Position numbers and translations under genes: made by a program. Below, one piece after another: positions 18,129 through 26,515 of a DNA stretch of 32,655 bases. Source of the stretch: Armatimonadota bacterium (lineage in GTDB: Bacteria; Armatimonadota; UBA5829; DSUL01). Under the pieces are notes generated by a model that saw nothing but the letters and a program-made list of their open reading frames with translations, searched no databases and was not told the origin of the DNA. The stretch spans positions 1 through 32,655 of the forward strand of contig JBBFLP010000002.1 of assembly GCA_037478975.1 (NCBI GenBank). The letters run 5' to 3'. Position 1 is the first letter of the stretch. Every line of letters starts with the position of its first letter.

Positions 18129-18287
18129 TTCCGCCGGGTGGCTTCCTGCCCGCCGGAGCTCGCTTTCCTTTGCTGCCTCCGGGGCTGTTGCCGTCGCACT
18201 TGGCCTGCTCCCTCGAAGGAGGGGTACAATGCAGATGGGCGATCGTGCCTCCGGGTGGAAATCCCCGCAAACATGCCACAATACTGA

Positions 18288-18308
18288 GGCGGCGCATCGA
18301 GCGCCGCC
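18288..18308 (+). other. Perfect 8-bp all-GC hairpin in the hrcA-grpE spacer
   Basis: GGCGGCGC (18288-18295), loop ATCGA, GCGCCGCC (18301-18308). It lies 22 nt upstream of the grpE ATG with no T-tract after it. Confidence 0.35.
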
Positions 18309-18330
18309 ACGAACGGAGTAGCGGAAAGCA

Positions 18331-18936
18331 ATGACGAGAAGATCGGAAGAGCTTGATGAGCTTGAGCAGGTGGAGCAGACCGGCCAGGCCAGAGAGGGTC
18401 TGAGCACGGAGGACACCCTTGAGGACGCCGCGAGTGCGGCGGACTCCAGCGACCTTCTCGCTCAGCTTGAAGCGGAGCGCGCGCGGGTGGAGGAGGAGCA
18501 TCAGCGCTACCTGCGCGCTCTGGCGGACTTCGCGAACTACAAGAAGCGGGTGGCGGAGCAGGAAGCCCGGGCCCGCCAGTTCGCCACGCGCGAGCTGGTG
18601 CTCAAGATCCTGCCCATTATTGATGATTTCGAGCGCGCGCTGACCTCCGCGGAGGAGTCGCAGAGCTTCGAGGCGCTGCGGGACGGGCTGGTGATGACGC
18701 TGCGCAAGCTTATGAGCGTGCTGGAGAGCGAAGGAGTCCAGCCCATCGAGGCGGTCGGGCGCGAATTCGATCCCTCCATGCACGAGGCCGTGATGCGTGT
18801 GGAGGACTCGGAGCATCCGGAGAATACCATCGTCCACGAGTTGCAGAAGGGTTACACCCTGGCATCCGAGGTCATCCGCCCGTCCAGAGTGTCCGTAGCG
18901 GTGTCCGGCAGCTCCGGGGGTGCGGGAGAGGAGTAG
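18331..18936 (+). CDS. grpE: Nucleotide exchange factor GrpE
   Basis: 201 aa with RALADFANYKKR, ILPIIDDFERAL, FDPSMHEAV and GYTL..EVIRPSRV. Confidence 0.92.
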   Translation: MTRRSEELDELEQVEQTGQAREGLSTEDTLEDAASAADSSDLLAQLEAERARVEEEHQRYLRALADFANYKKRVAEQEARARQFATRELVLKILPIIDDFERALTSAEESQSFEALRDGLVMTLRKLMSVLESEGVQPIEAVGREFDPSMHEAVMRVEDSEHPENTIVHELQKGYTLASEVIRPSRVSVAVSGSSGGAGEE

Positions 18937-18945
18937 CCGGAAGCA

Positions 18946-19968
18946 TTGATCATTATCATGAACCCGGCCGCCAGGCCGGAGAGCATCAAGGCCGTCGAGG
19001 ATGCCATCCGCTCCCTCGGACTGCGGCCGTTTCTGAACCCGGGGGTCGAGCGCAAGGTCATCGCCGTTCTGGGCGAGATGGGCCTGCGGAAGGCGGACCT
19101 GGTGGAGCGCTTCTCCATCATGCCGGACGTGGACCGGGTGGAGCTGATCTCGGAGCTCTGGAAGCTTGCATCCCGCACCTATCATCCCGAAGACTCGGTC
19201 ATTGACGTGTGCGGGGTGAAGATCGGCGGCCCGGAGGTGGTGGTGATGGCCGGCCCGTGCAGCGTGGAGAACGAGGAGCAGACCATCGGGGTCGCTCGCG
19301 CGGTGAAGGCGGCCGGGGCGAAAATGCTTCGTGGCGGGGCGTTCAAGCCCCGCACTTCCCCGTACAGTTTTCAGGGGCTGGGCGAGGAGGGGCTCAAGAT
19401 CCTTGCGCGGGCGCGGGAGGAGACCGGTCTTCCCATCGTCACCGAGGTGATGGATCCCCATGAGGTGGATCTGGTGGAACGGTACGCCGACGTGCTGCAG
19501 ATCGGCGCCCGCAACATGCAGAACTACTCTCTGCTGAAGCGGGTGGGCAGCTCCGGCAGGGCCGTGCTGTTGAAGCGCGGAATGGGTTCGAAGGTGAAGG
19601 ACCTTCTGATGTCGGCTGAGTATATCCTCAGCGAAGGGAACCATTCCGTCATCCTGTGCGAGCGCGGCATCACGACGTTCGAGGATTCCACAAGGAACAC
19701 CACGGACATCAACGCCATCCCGGTGCTGAAGAACTGGACTCATCTGCCTGTGGTGCTTGATCCCAGCCACTCCACCGGGGACTGGAAGCTGGTGCCGGCC
19801 ATCGCCCGGGCAGGGGTGGCCAGCGGGGCGGACGGGTTGATGATCGAGGTCCACAACGACCCGCAGCATGCTCTCAGCGACGGAATGCAATCCCTGCATC
19901 CGGACCGCTTCGCGGAGCTGATGGAGTCGCTGCGGGCTGTGGCGTCGGCGGTGGGCAGGAGCATCTAA
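18946..19968 (+). CDS. aroF: 3-deoxy-7-phosphoheptulonate (DAHP) synthase, type I-beta, with an N-terminal ferredoxin-like regulatory domain
   Basis: The N-terminus [25 protein letters not shown]...VIAVLGE resembles the Thermotoga-type regulatory domain. The core has [50 protein letters not shown] and SDG.QSL. The TTG start lies 9 nt after the grpE stop. Confidence 0.88.
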   Translation: MIIIMNPAARPESIKAVEDAIRSLGLRPFLNPGVERKVIAVLGEMGLRKADLVERFSIMPDVDRVELISELWKLASRTYHPEDSVIDVCGVKIGGPEVVVMAGPCSVENEEQTIGVARAVKAAGAKMLRGGAFKPRTSPYSFQGLGEEGLKILARAREETGLPIVTEVMDPHEVDLVERYADVLQIGARNMQNYSLLKRVGSSGRAVLLKRGMGSKVKDLLMSAEYILSEGNHSVILCERGITTFEDSTRNTTDINAIPVLKNWTHLPVVLDPSHSTGDWKLVPAIARAGVASGADGLMIEVHNDPQHALSDGMQSLHPDRFAELMESLRAVASAVGRSI

Positions 19969-20089
19969 GGGGCAGCACTTCCGCCGCTGTTCTAGTGACC
20001 AGGCAGATGGCTCTCCGGCGCTGCGCCTGAAATCAGAGCGGAGGCGGGCCGGGGGCCATTCTCGTTTTGAAAGGGTGACAGGGCTCAAA

Positions 20090-21328
20090 ATGGCGCATCT
20101 GGCGGTTTGCGGGGGCGAGAAGACAAGGCGCGAGCCATTCCACGGCTGGCCGGTGTTCGGTGAGGAGGAGCGGCGCGCGGTTCTGGACGTGCTGGAAAGC
20201 GGACAGTGGGGCGGGGTGGAGCAGAGAGTGGTCCCGCGCTTCGAGGAGCAGTTTGCCGCGTTCCAGCAGTGCGAGTATGCCGTCTCGGTAACGAATGGCA
20301 CGGCGGCGCTGGAGATCGCCATCCGGGCGCTCGGCATCAGCTTCGGGGACGAGGTCATCCTGCCTCCGTACACGTTCATCGCCTCGGCCACGGCCGTGGT
20401 CCTCAACAACGCCATCCCCGTGTTTGCAGACATCCACCCCGACACTTTTTGCCTGGATCCGGAAAAGATCGAGGCAGCCATCACTCCTCAGACGAAGGCC
20501 ATCATGGCCGTGCACATCGGTGGGATGCCCTGCGACATGGACGCCATCCTCCAGGTGGCGGAGCGGCACGGGCTGTTCGTCATCGAGGACTGCGCTCAGG
20601 CGCACGGTGCGGAGTGGGCCGGCCAGAGGGTCGGATCCATCGGACACGTAGGAGCATTCAGCTTCCAGTCCAGCAAGAACATGACGGCCGGGGAAGGCGG
20701 GATGATCGTCACCAACGACCGGGACATTTTTGAGAAATGCTGGTCCATCCACAATGTCGGCCGCATCCCCGGCGGACGGTGGTACGAGCACCGCAACATC
20801 GGGTCCAACTACAGGATGACCGAGTGGCAGGCGGCGGTGCTCCTGGCTCAGCTCCCGCGCGTGCCCGCCCAGATGAAGCGGCGGGAGGAGAACGCGGCGT
20901 ATCTTGCCGAGAAGCTGAATCAGGTGCCGGGGGTGTCATGTCAGGCCCGGCCGAAGCCTGTCACTTCCCACGCCTGGCACCTGTTCATCTTCAAGGTGGA
21001 TCCTAAGGCGTTCGGCGACCTGCCCAAGTCCCGGATTGTGGAGGCCATTTCGGCTGAAGGTGTTCCGGTCTCCGGAGGTTACGCTCCGCTGTATCGCGAG
21101 AAGCTGTTCACCGGCATTCAGCCGGGCTCCTGCCCGTTTGCCTGCCGTCACGTGAAGCGCGAAATAGACTACACCAGCGTCAGCTGCCCGGTCTGCGAGG
21201 ATCTGTGCGACAACCGGCTGATGTGGCTGCATCAGTCGGTGCTGCTGGGGACGAAATCGGATATGGACAGCATCGTGGAAGCGGTGGCGAAGGTGCAGAA
21301 GTATCACGGAGAGCTTGTGGACCGGTGA
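20090..21328 (+). CDS. DegT/DnrJ/EryC1/StrS-family PLP aminotransferase (glutamine:scyllo-inosose aminotransferase-like)
   Basis: NGTAALEIAIRALGISFGDEVILP, IEDCAQAHGA, the PLP lysine context FSFQSSKNMTAGEGG, and GSNYRMTEWQAAVLLAQL. The start is the ATG at 20090 or the GTG at 20075. Confidence 0.85.
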   Translation: MAHLAVCGGEKTRREPFHGWPVFGEEERRAVLDVLESGQWGGVEQRVVPRFEEQFAAFQQCEYAVSVTNGTAALEIAIRALGISFGDEVILPPYTFIASATAVVLNNAIPVFADIHPDTFCLDPEKIEAAITPQTKAIMAVHIGGMPCDMDAILQVAERHGLFVIEDCAQAHGAEWAGQRVGSIGHVGAFSFQSSKNMTAGEGGMIVTNDRDIFEKCWSIHNVGRIPGGRWYEHRNIGSNYRMTEWQAAVLLAQLPRVPAQMKRREENAAYLAEKLNQVPGVSCQARPKPVTSHAWHLFIFKVDPKAFGDLPKSRIVEAISAEGVPVSGGYAPLYREKLFTGIQPGSCPFACRHVKREIDYTSVSCPVCEDLCDNRLMWLHQSVLLGTKSDMDSIVEAVAKVQKYHGELVDR

Positions 21329-22230
21329 AGCTGGCCCTGTTCAGGAAAGACGGGGGACCTCCCGCGATTGGCTGCGTGCTGCAGGACCGGGTGGTGGACC
21401 TGACGGAACTGGTGCCCTTGCTCGCACGCCGTCTGGGAATGCCCGCTCCCTCAGAGGCTTCTTCTGTTTGCGCCTGGATCGAGGCGGGCTGGCTGGCTCC
21501 GCACGTCGCCCTGGCCATTGAGCGTCTGGCCGGGGAACTGCGGCTGGGGATGGCCTGCCCCGCGTTGGCCGAAGTGGATTTCCAGCCACCGGTAGACCGG
21601 CCGCGGCAGGTTCTGGCCGTCGGCCGCAATTTCGCCTCCCACGCGCGCGAGGGAGGCCACGAAGCGCCGGAGGAGCCGATCATCTTTGCCAAGGCCGTCT
21701 CCAGCCTGATCGGACATGGACACGAGGTGCGTTGCCCGGAGTCCGTCGGGCGGGTGGATCACGAAGCCGAAGTGGCGATCGTCCTGGGGCGGGGCGGACG
21801 CGATATCCCTGTGGAGCGTGCGCGGGAGTTCATCGCAGGCTACACCTGCTTCAACGATCTGACCGCGCGGGATCTTCAGCGCCAGGACGCCGGGCGCGGT
21901 CATCCTTGGCTCCGTTCCAAGGGGATGGACACCTTCGGGCCGATCGGCCCATGGCTGGTCACCGCCGATGAGATGCCGTGGCCGCTGGCCGGGCGGATCG
22001 AGTGCCGGGTGAACGGCGATCTGCGTCAGCAGGGTGACGCCAGGGACATGCTCTTTCCTCCGGACAGGATCATCGCGTTCATCTCACGCTATATCACGCT
22101 GTCTCCCGGAGACGTCATCGCGCTGGGGACGCCGGAAGGCGTAGGACCTCTGGCGCCGGGGGATGTGGTGGAGGTGTTCGTGGAGGGTGTCGGGCTGCTG
22201 CGCAACCCCGTGGCACGGGCGGAAGGGTGA
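21325..22230 (+). CDS. Fumarylacetoacetate hydrolase (FAH) family protein
   Basis: IIFAKA, VDHEAEVAIVLG, GYTCFNDLTARDLQ, KGMDTFGPIGPWLVT, and LSPGDVIALGTPEGVG. The GTG at 21325 overlaps the degT stop (GTGA). The substrate cannot be called from sequence. Confidence 0.8.
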   Translation: MKLALFRKDGGPPAIGCVLQDRVVDLTELVPLLARRLGMPAPSEASSVCAWIEAGWLAPHVALAIERLAGELRLGMACPALAEVDFQPPVDRPRQVLAVGRNFASHAREGGHEAPEEPIIFAKAVSSLIGHGHEVRCPESVGRVDHEAEVAIVLGRGGRDIPVERAREFIAGYTCFNDLTARDLQRQDAGRGHPWLRSKGMDTFGPIGPWLVTADEMPWPLAGRIECRVNGDLRQQGDARDMLFPPDRIIAFISRYITLSPGDVIALGTPEGVGPLAPGDVVEVFVEGVGLLRNPVARAEG

Positions 22231-23363
22231 CGGCGGCGGTGGCGGAAGGATCATTCAGGGCGGTGGCGAGGGTGGACCTTGGTTCTCTGCGCCACAACCT
22301 GCGCGAAGCGCGCCGTCTTGCCGGGCCCGGGGTGCAGATATGGCCCGCCGTGAAGGCCGACGCCTACGGCCACGGTCTGGTTCCGGTGGCGCTAGCGCTG
22401 CAGGAAGAACGCGTGGAAGGTTTCTGCGTGGCCACGGTGGGGGAGGCCGCGCTGCTGGCTTCAGCCTGTCCGCACATCCCCCGCCTGGTGCTCGGCGCGC
22501 TGCTTCCGGGTGAGATTGCCGCCCTCCTGGAGACCTCATCGGAGACCGTCGTCTGCGATCTCGCGTTCGCTTCGGATCTTTCCCGTGCGGCCGCTTCTGC
22601 CGGGAAGGTGGTGGATGTTCACCTGAAGGTGGACACGGGCATGGGGCGCCTGGGAGTGCGCCCGGAGCAGGCGGTTGAGACAGCCCTTGCTCTGGATGCC
22701 CTGCCGGGGATACGGCTCCGGGGCATCATGACCCATTACCCGTGCTCGGACGAGAAGGACCTCTCTTTCTCCCGCGAACAGACCGCGCGCTTCGCCCGGA
22801 TATGTGATGATGTCATCCGGGCGATCGGCCGTCCGCTGCTCCGGCACGCGGCAAATAGCGGGGCCATCCTCGGGCTGCCGGAGGGCCGTTTCGACGCGGT
22901 CCGGCCCGGCATCATGCTCTACGGCAGCTATCCCGGACCGGGAGCGGCGCCCTCGGCGCAGCTTCGGCCGGTGATGACGCTGGCGGCGCGCATTGTTTTT
23001 TTGAAAGACGTTCCCGCGGGGTCCACCGTCAGCTACGGCAGGACCTGGGTGGCGAAGCGGCCTTCGCGGATCGCCACCGTCAGCATCGGCTACGGGGACG
23101 GACTGCCCCGGCGGCTCTCCAATAACGGCTTCGCGCTGGTGCGGGGGATGGAGGCGCCTATCGCAGGGCGTGTGTGTATGGATATGACAATGCTGGACGT
23201 GACGGACATTCCCGGCGTCCGCGTGGGGGAGGAGGCAGTCTTCTGGGGTGTGCAGCGAGAGTCTGTGCTGCGGTGCGATGAGCTGGCCTGGCGGCTGGGT
23301 ACCATTCCCTACGAACTGACGTGTCAGGTCACGGCGCGCGTCCCCCGGGTGCACCTGCGGTGA
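22227..23363 (+). CDS. alr: Alanine racemase
   Basis: VDLGSLRHNL, the PLP lysine context AVKADAYGHG, LKVDTGMGRLG, THYP, and YGDGLPRRLSN...GRVCMDM. The GTG start overlaps the FAH stop (GTGA). Confidence 0.9.
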   Translation: MTAAVAEGSFRAVARVDLGSLRHNLREARRLAGPGVQIWPAVKADAYGHGLVPVALALQEERVEGFCVATVGEAALLASACPHIPRLVLGALLPGEIAALLETSSETVVCDLAFASDLSRAAASAGKVVDVHLKVDTGMGRLGVRPEQAVETALALDALPGIRLRGIMTHYPCSDEKDLSFSREQTARFARICDDVIRAIGRPLLRHAANSGAILGLPEGRFDAVRPGIMLYGSYPGPGAAPSAQLRPVMTLAARIVFLKDVPAGSTVSYGRTWVAKRPSRIATVSIGYGDGLPRRLSNNGFALVRGMEAPIAGRVCMDMTMLDVTDIPGVRVGEEAVFWGVQRESVLRCDELAWRLGTIPYELTCQVTARVPRVHLR

Positions 23364-24727
23364 GCACATCCATCCGTCTGCAGGAGCTGGACTGGGTGGA
23401 TCCGGTGCGGGCGTTCTGGGCCGTGCGTGACCGGGAAGGGGTGGCCTTCCTGGACTCCGCTTTGCGGGGGCACACCGCATCGCGCTGGACTTATCTGGCA
23501 CTGGACCCCGCCGAGACGCTGGAGGTCCGCCGGGATGCAACGGTTTCGCGGCGCAGGGGCGAGAGCTGCTGGCAGGTGGAGCCGGACTGGCGGGAGGCGC
23601 TCAGACGGCGGTTGCCTGCAGCGTCTCCGGGCGCGCCGCGTAATATCCCTCCCTTTGCCGGCGGGTGGATCGGTTGGCTGGGTTACGAACTGGCCCCGGA
23701 GTTCGACCGCATTCCGGTACGCGCGGAACCGCTGCCCGGAACGCCGCTGGCCTCCTTTGCCTTTTATGACACCCTGGATGCCTTCGACTTGATGGAGCGT
23801 CGCCGGTGGCGGGTGAGCTTCGGCGACGGTGGGATTGACCTTCCCGCGACGGAAGGCGGAGGGGCCACGCCTGCTCCTTTGCCTGCTCCGGCCGGGCGGG
23901 TGACGGACTGTCTACCCCCGGAGCGTTTTATGGCCGCTGTGGAAGAGGCAAAGGAGCGGATCCGCGCCGGAGAGATCTATCAGGTCAACCTGTCCCGTCA
24001 GTTCCGTTTAGACCCGGCTCCGGACCCGGCCTCCACGTTGATACGCTTGCGGGAGAACTCTCCCGCCCCTTACGCCGCGTTTCTGTCGTCGTCCGCTGGG
24101 ACGCTTGTCAGCAGCAGTCCGGAGCTTTTTCTGGAATACGATCCCATCGCCCGCAGGGCCGTCTCGCGCCCCATCAAAGGGACACGGCCGCGCGGAGCTT
24201 CACACGCGGAGGATGTGCGTCTGGCCCGCGAGCTGGCTTCCAGTCCCAAGGACCGGGCGGAGAACGTCATGATCGTAGATCTCGTACGGCACGACTTAGG
24301 GAAGGTCTGCCAGACAGGCTCCGTGCGTGTGAGCGAGTTGTGCCGGACGGAGATCCATCCCACGGTGTTCCATCTGGTCTCCACGGTGGAGGGTATCCTG
24401 CGCCCCGGACTGGATGCGCTGGACGCGCTGGATGCCCTGTTCCCGGGCGGTTCCATCACAGGAGCTCCCAAGATCCGCTCCTGCCACGTGATCCGTGAGC
24501 TTGAGCCTGTTCCCCGCGGACCGTATACGGGTGCGCTGGGCTATCTTTCGGTCACGGGTCACTGTGCGCTGGCCATGGCCATCCGGGTGGTCTGGTTTTG
24601 CGGAGGGACAGCCATCTTCAGTGCAGGAGGCGGCATCGTTGCGGATTCGGATCCGGAGACGGAGCTGAGAGAAACGGAGGCCAAGGCGGCCGCGATGAAA
24701 CGGGCGCTGGGGATCTCCGATGCTTGA
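23360..24727 (+). CDS. pabB: Aminodeoxychorismate synthase component I (chorismate-binding TrpE/PabB family)
   Basis: GEIYQVNLSRQF, SSSPELFL, IKGTRPRG, KDRAENVMIVDL.RHDL, FPGGSITGAPK, RGPYTGALGY, and IRV...GGGIVADSDPE.E..E. The GTG at 23360 overlaps the alr stop. Assignment to PabB rather than TrpE or another family member rests mainly on the adjacent pabC-like gene. Confidence 0.75.
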   Translation: MSTSIRLQELDWVDPVRAFWAVRDREGVAFLDSALRGHTASRWTYLALDPAETLEVRRDATVSRRRGESCWQVEPDWREALRRRLPAASPGAPRNIPPFAGGWIGWLGYELAPEFDRIPVRAEPLPGTPLASFAFYDTLDAFDLMERRRWRVSFGDGGIDLPATEGGGATPAPLPAPAGRVTDCLPPERFMAAVEEAKERIRAGEIYQVNLSRQFRLDPAPDPASTLIRLRENSPAPYAAFLSSSAGTLVSSSPELFLEYDPIARRAVSRPIKGTRPRGASHAEDVRLARELASSPKDRAENVMIVDLVRHDLGKVCQTGSVRVSELCRTEIHPTVFHLVSTVEGILRPGLDALDALDALFPGGSITGAPKIRSCHVIRELEPVPRGPYTGALGYLSVTGHCALAMAIRVVWFCGGTAIFSAGGGIVADSDPETELRETEAKAAAMKRALGISDA

Positions 24728-25583
24728 CGGGTTTTCGCAGACACTGGTCTGGCTGGACGGGGAGTGGCTGCCGGCGGGTGCCGGACTGGTGTCACCTCTG
24801 GACCGCTGCTACCTCTACGGTGACGGTGTCTTCGAGACGTTCCGAAGCCAGTCCGGGCGGTTCTTCCGGCTGGACCGGCATATGGCCCGGCTGCGCCGGG
24901 GGCTGGAGCTTCTGGGCATCGAGTTCGTTCCGGAAGAGGAGGGCATCCGCGCCGCTGCCGCCGGGGCATTCGATCTGCTCGGCTGCCGGGACGTGGTTTT
25001 CCGCCTTACCGTCTCACGGGGGACAGGCTGGCGAGGCCTTCAGACGGCGGGCAGTCCGCAGATGACCATCCTCGCTACGCCATTCCAGTCCTCGCCCCGG
25101 GAGCCGCCGCTGACGGCCTGTCTGACGTCCGTCACGCGTGATGAGACCTCCCCGCTCTCCACCGTCAAGACGTGCAACTATCTTCCCTCCGTTCTGGCGC
25201 TTCAGGAAGCTCAGAGGCGCGGCTTTCGCGAAGCCGTGATGCTCTGCAGGGCCGGATGGGTGTCCGAATGCTCCACCAGTAACCTGTTCTGGGTCAGCGG
25301 AGGGGAATTGCACACACCTTCGCTGCGCTGCGGGGCGCTGCCGGGAGTCATGCGTTCTGCGGTGTTGGATGCGGCCGTGCGGGAAGGTATCCCGGCCATC
25401 GAAGGGGAATTCCTCCCGCGGGCGCTCGCAGAGGCGGAGTGCGCTCTTGCCTCCAGCAGTGTGCGGGGTCTGCATCCGTTGGGAGAGTTTCAAGGAAAAC
25501 CGTTTGCGCCGGAGGATGCGGCCGGTGTTGCGCCCCGTCTGCTGGCTGCCCTGGAGCGCCTCATCCGGGAAGAGTCCCGCTGA
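24720..25583 (+). CDS. pabC: Class IV (fold type IV) PLP enzyme, most likely aminodeoxychorismate lyase
   Basis: DRCYLYGDGVFET, RLTVSRGTG.RG, the lysine context VKTCNYLPSVLA..EA, and EC.TSNLFWV are class IV aminotransferase features. It overlaps pabB by 8 nt. A D-amino-acid or branched-chain aminotransferase cannot be excluded from sequence alone. Confidence 0.6.
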   Translation: MLDGFSQTLVWLDGEWLPAGAGLVSPLDRCYLYGDGVFETFRSQSGRFFRLDRHMARLRRGLELLGIEFVPEEEGIRAAAAGAFDLLGCRDVVFRLTVSRGTGWRGLQTAGSPQMTILATPFQSSPREPPLTACLTSVTRDETSPLSTVKTCNYLPSVLALQEAQRRGFREAVMLCRAGWVSECSTSNLFWVSGGELHTPSLRCGALPGVMRSAVLDAAVREGIPAIEGEFLPRALAEAECALASSSVRGLHPLGEFQGKPFAPEDAAGVAPRLLAALERLIREESR

Positions 25584-25633
25584 CCTCCGCACGCTATGCA
25601 GACCGGCGGAGGCGACGTTCGGAGGAGATCGTC

Positions 25634-26431
25634 TTGAAAGTCTTCATTCTGGTGGATATGGAAGGGATCTCGGGTGTCTGCCTGGAGGAGCATACCTCGG
25701 CGGGAACCCCTCAGTATGAGCAGGCGCGCCGTTGGATGACAGCGGACGTGAACGCCGCCGTGCAGGGAGCGCTGGACGCGGGTGCTTCCGAAGTGGTGGT
25801 GCTGGACGGCCACGGCGCAAACTCGCTCTATAACCTGGTGTACGAGGAGCTTCACGAGGGAGCGGAATACATCCTCGGCTCGCCCCGCGGCTGGTATCTC
25901 ACCGGGCTGGACTCCAGCTTCCACTGCATGCTGATGGTGGGGATGCATGCCATGGCGGGGACGCAGCGGGCGGTGCTGGAGCACACCTGGTCCACGGCAC
26001 GCTGGCACCGTTGCCGCCTGAACGGACGGGAGACCGGTGAGATCGGCCTGATGGCCGCTTTCGCCGGGTCCTTTGGCGTGCCGGTCACGCTGGTCACGGG
26101 CGATCAGGCAGCCTGCGACGAGGCTCGCCAGTTCCTGGGGGATAAGGTGGCGCTGGCGTGTGTAAAGCAGGGGCTGGGACGCTACAGCGCGAAAATGCTG
26201 CCTCCACGGCACGCTCGGGCGGAGATCCGCGCCCAGGCCAGTCAGGCTGTCGCCCTGGCCGATGCCGCCACGCCTTTCAAGGTGGAGACTCCCGTTTCAA
26301 TAGAGGTGGACTACATCCGCAACTCGCACACGGATGCCATTCCCACCGGGCCTGGCGTGGAGCTCATCAGCCCCAGAACTATCCGCTACACGGCCCCCAC
26401 ACTGCCGGAGGCCTGCTACCTGATTCGCTGA
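25634..26431 (+). CDS. M55-family metallopeptidase (DppA-like D-aminopeptidase)
   Basis: LKVFILVDMEGISGV at the N-terminus, then VVVLDGHG and MVGMHAMAGT. The TTG at 25634 lies 6 nt after GGAGGAG. The product is 265 aa. The track start at 25439 overlaps pabC. Confidence 0.75.
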   Translation: MKVFILVDMEGISGVCLEEHTSAGTPQYEQARRWMTADVNAAVQGALDAGASEVVVLDGHGANSLYNLVYEELHEGAEYILGSPRGWYLTGLDSSFHCMLMVGMHAMAGTQRAVLEHTWSTARWHRCRLNGRETGEIGLMAAFAGSFGVPVTLVTGDQAACDEARQFLGDKVALACVKQGLGRYSAKMLPPRHARAEIRAQASQAVALADAATPFKVETPVSIEVDYIRNSHTDAIPTGPGVELISPRTIRYTAPTLPEACYLIR

Positions 26432-26456
26432 TCGGTCAAAAGTTGAATGAAGACGA

Positions 26457-26497
26457 AGGCCCGGGGGATTTCCGTCCGCCGGGCCTCCCGTTTCTTG
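26457..26497. terminator. Hairpin between convergent genes, probably a bidirectional intrinsic terminator
   Basis: AGGCCCGG (26457-26464) pairs perfectly with CCGGGCCT (26479-26486). An inner 3-bp GGA/TCC extension is possible. CCCGTTTCTT follows on the + strand and the - strand side is TCGTCTTCATTC. It sits between the dppA-like stop (26431) and the minus-strand stop (26516). Confidence 0.45.
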
Positions 26498-26515
26498 GCA
26501 GAATCTTACCGGAGA

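Noticed and set aside
19969-20089. Possible terminator between aroF and degT
   Set aside because: Only 4-bp GGCC/GGCC and CAGC/GCTG stems are present before CTCGTTTT. That is too weak to call, so whether aroF and degT are co-transcribed stays open.
17959-20484. 841-aa minus-strand ORF
   Set aside because: It is antisense to hrcA, grpE, aroF and degT and crosses three intergenic regions. It has low-complexity Arg/Pro/Ala content and no recognisable domain.
24410-24436. Three tandem 9-nt units (CTGGATGCG CTGGACGCG CTGGATGCC) inside pabB
   Set aside because: They encode LDALDALDA directly before the conserved FPGGSITGAPK motif, in frame. With only three imperfect copies, this is most simply ordinary coding sequence rather than a repeat element or contingency locus.
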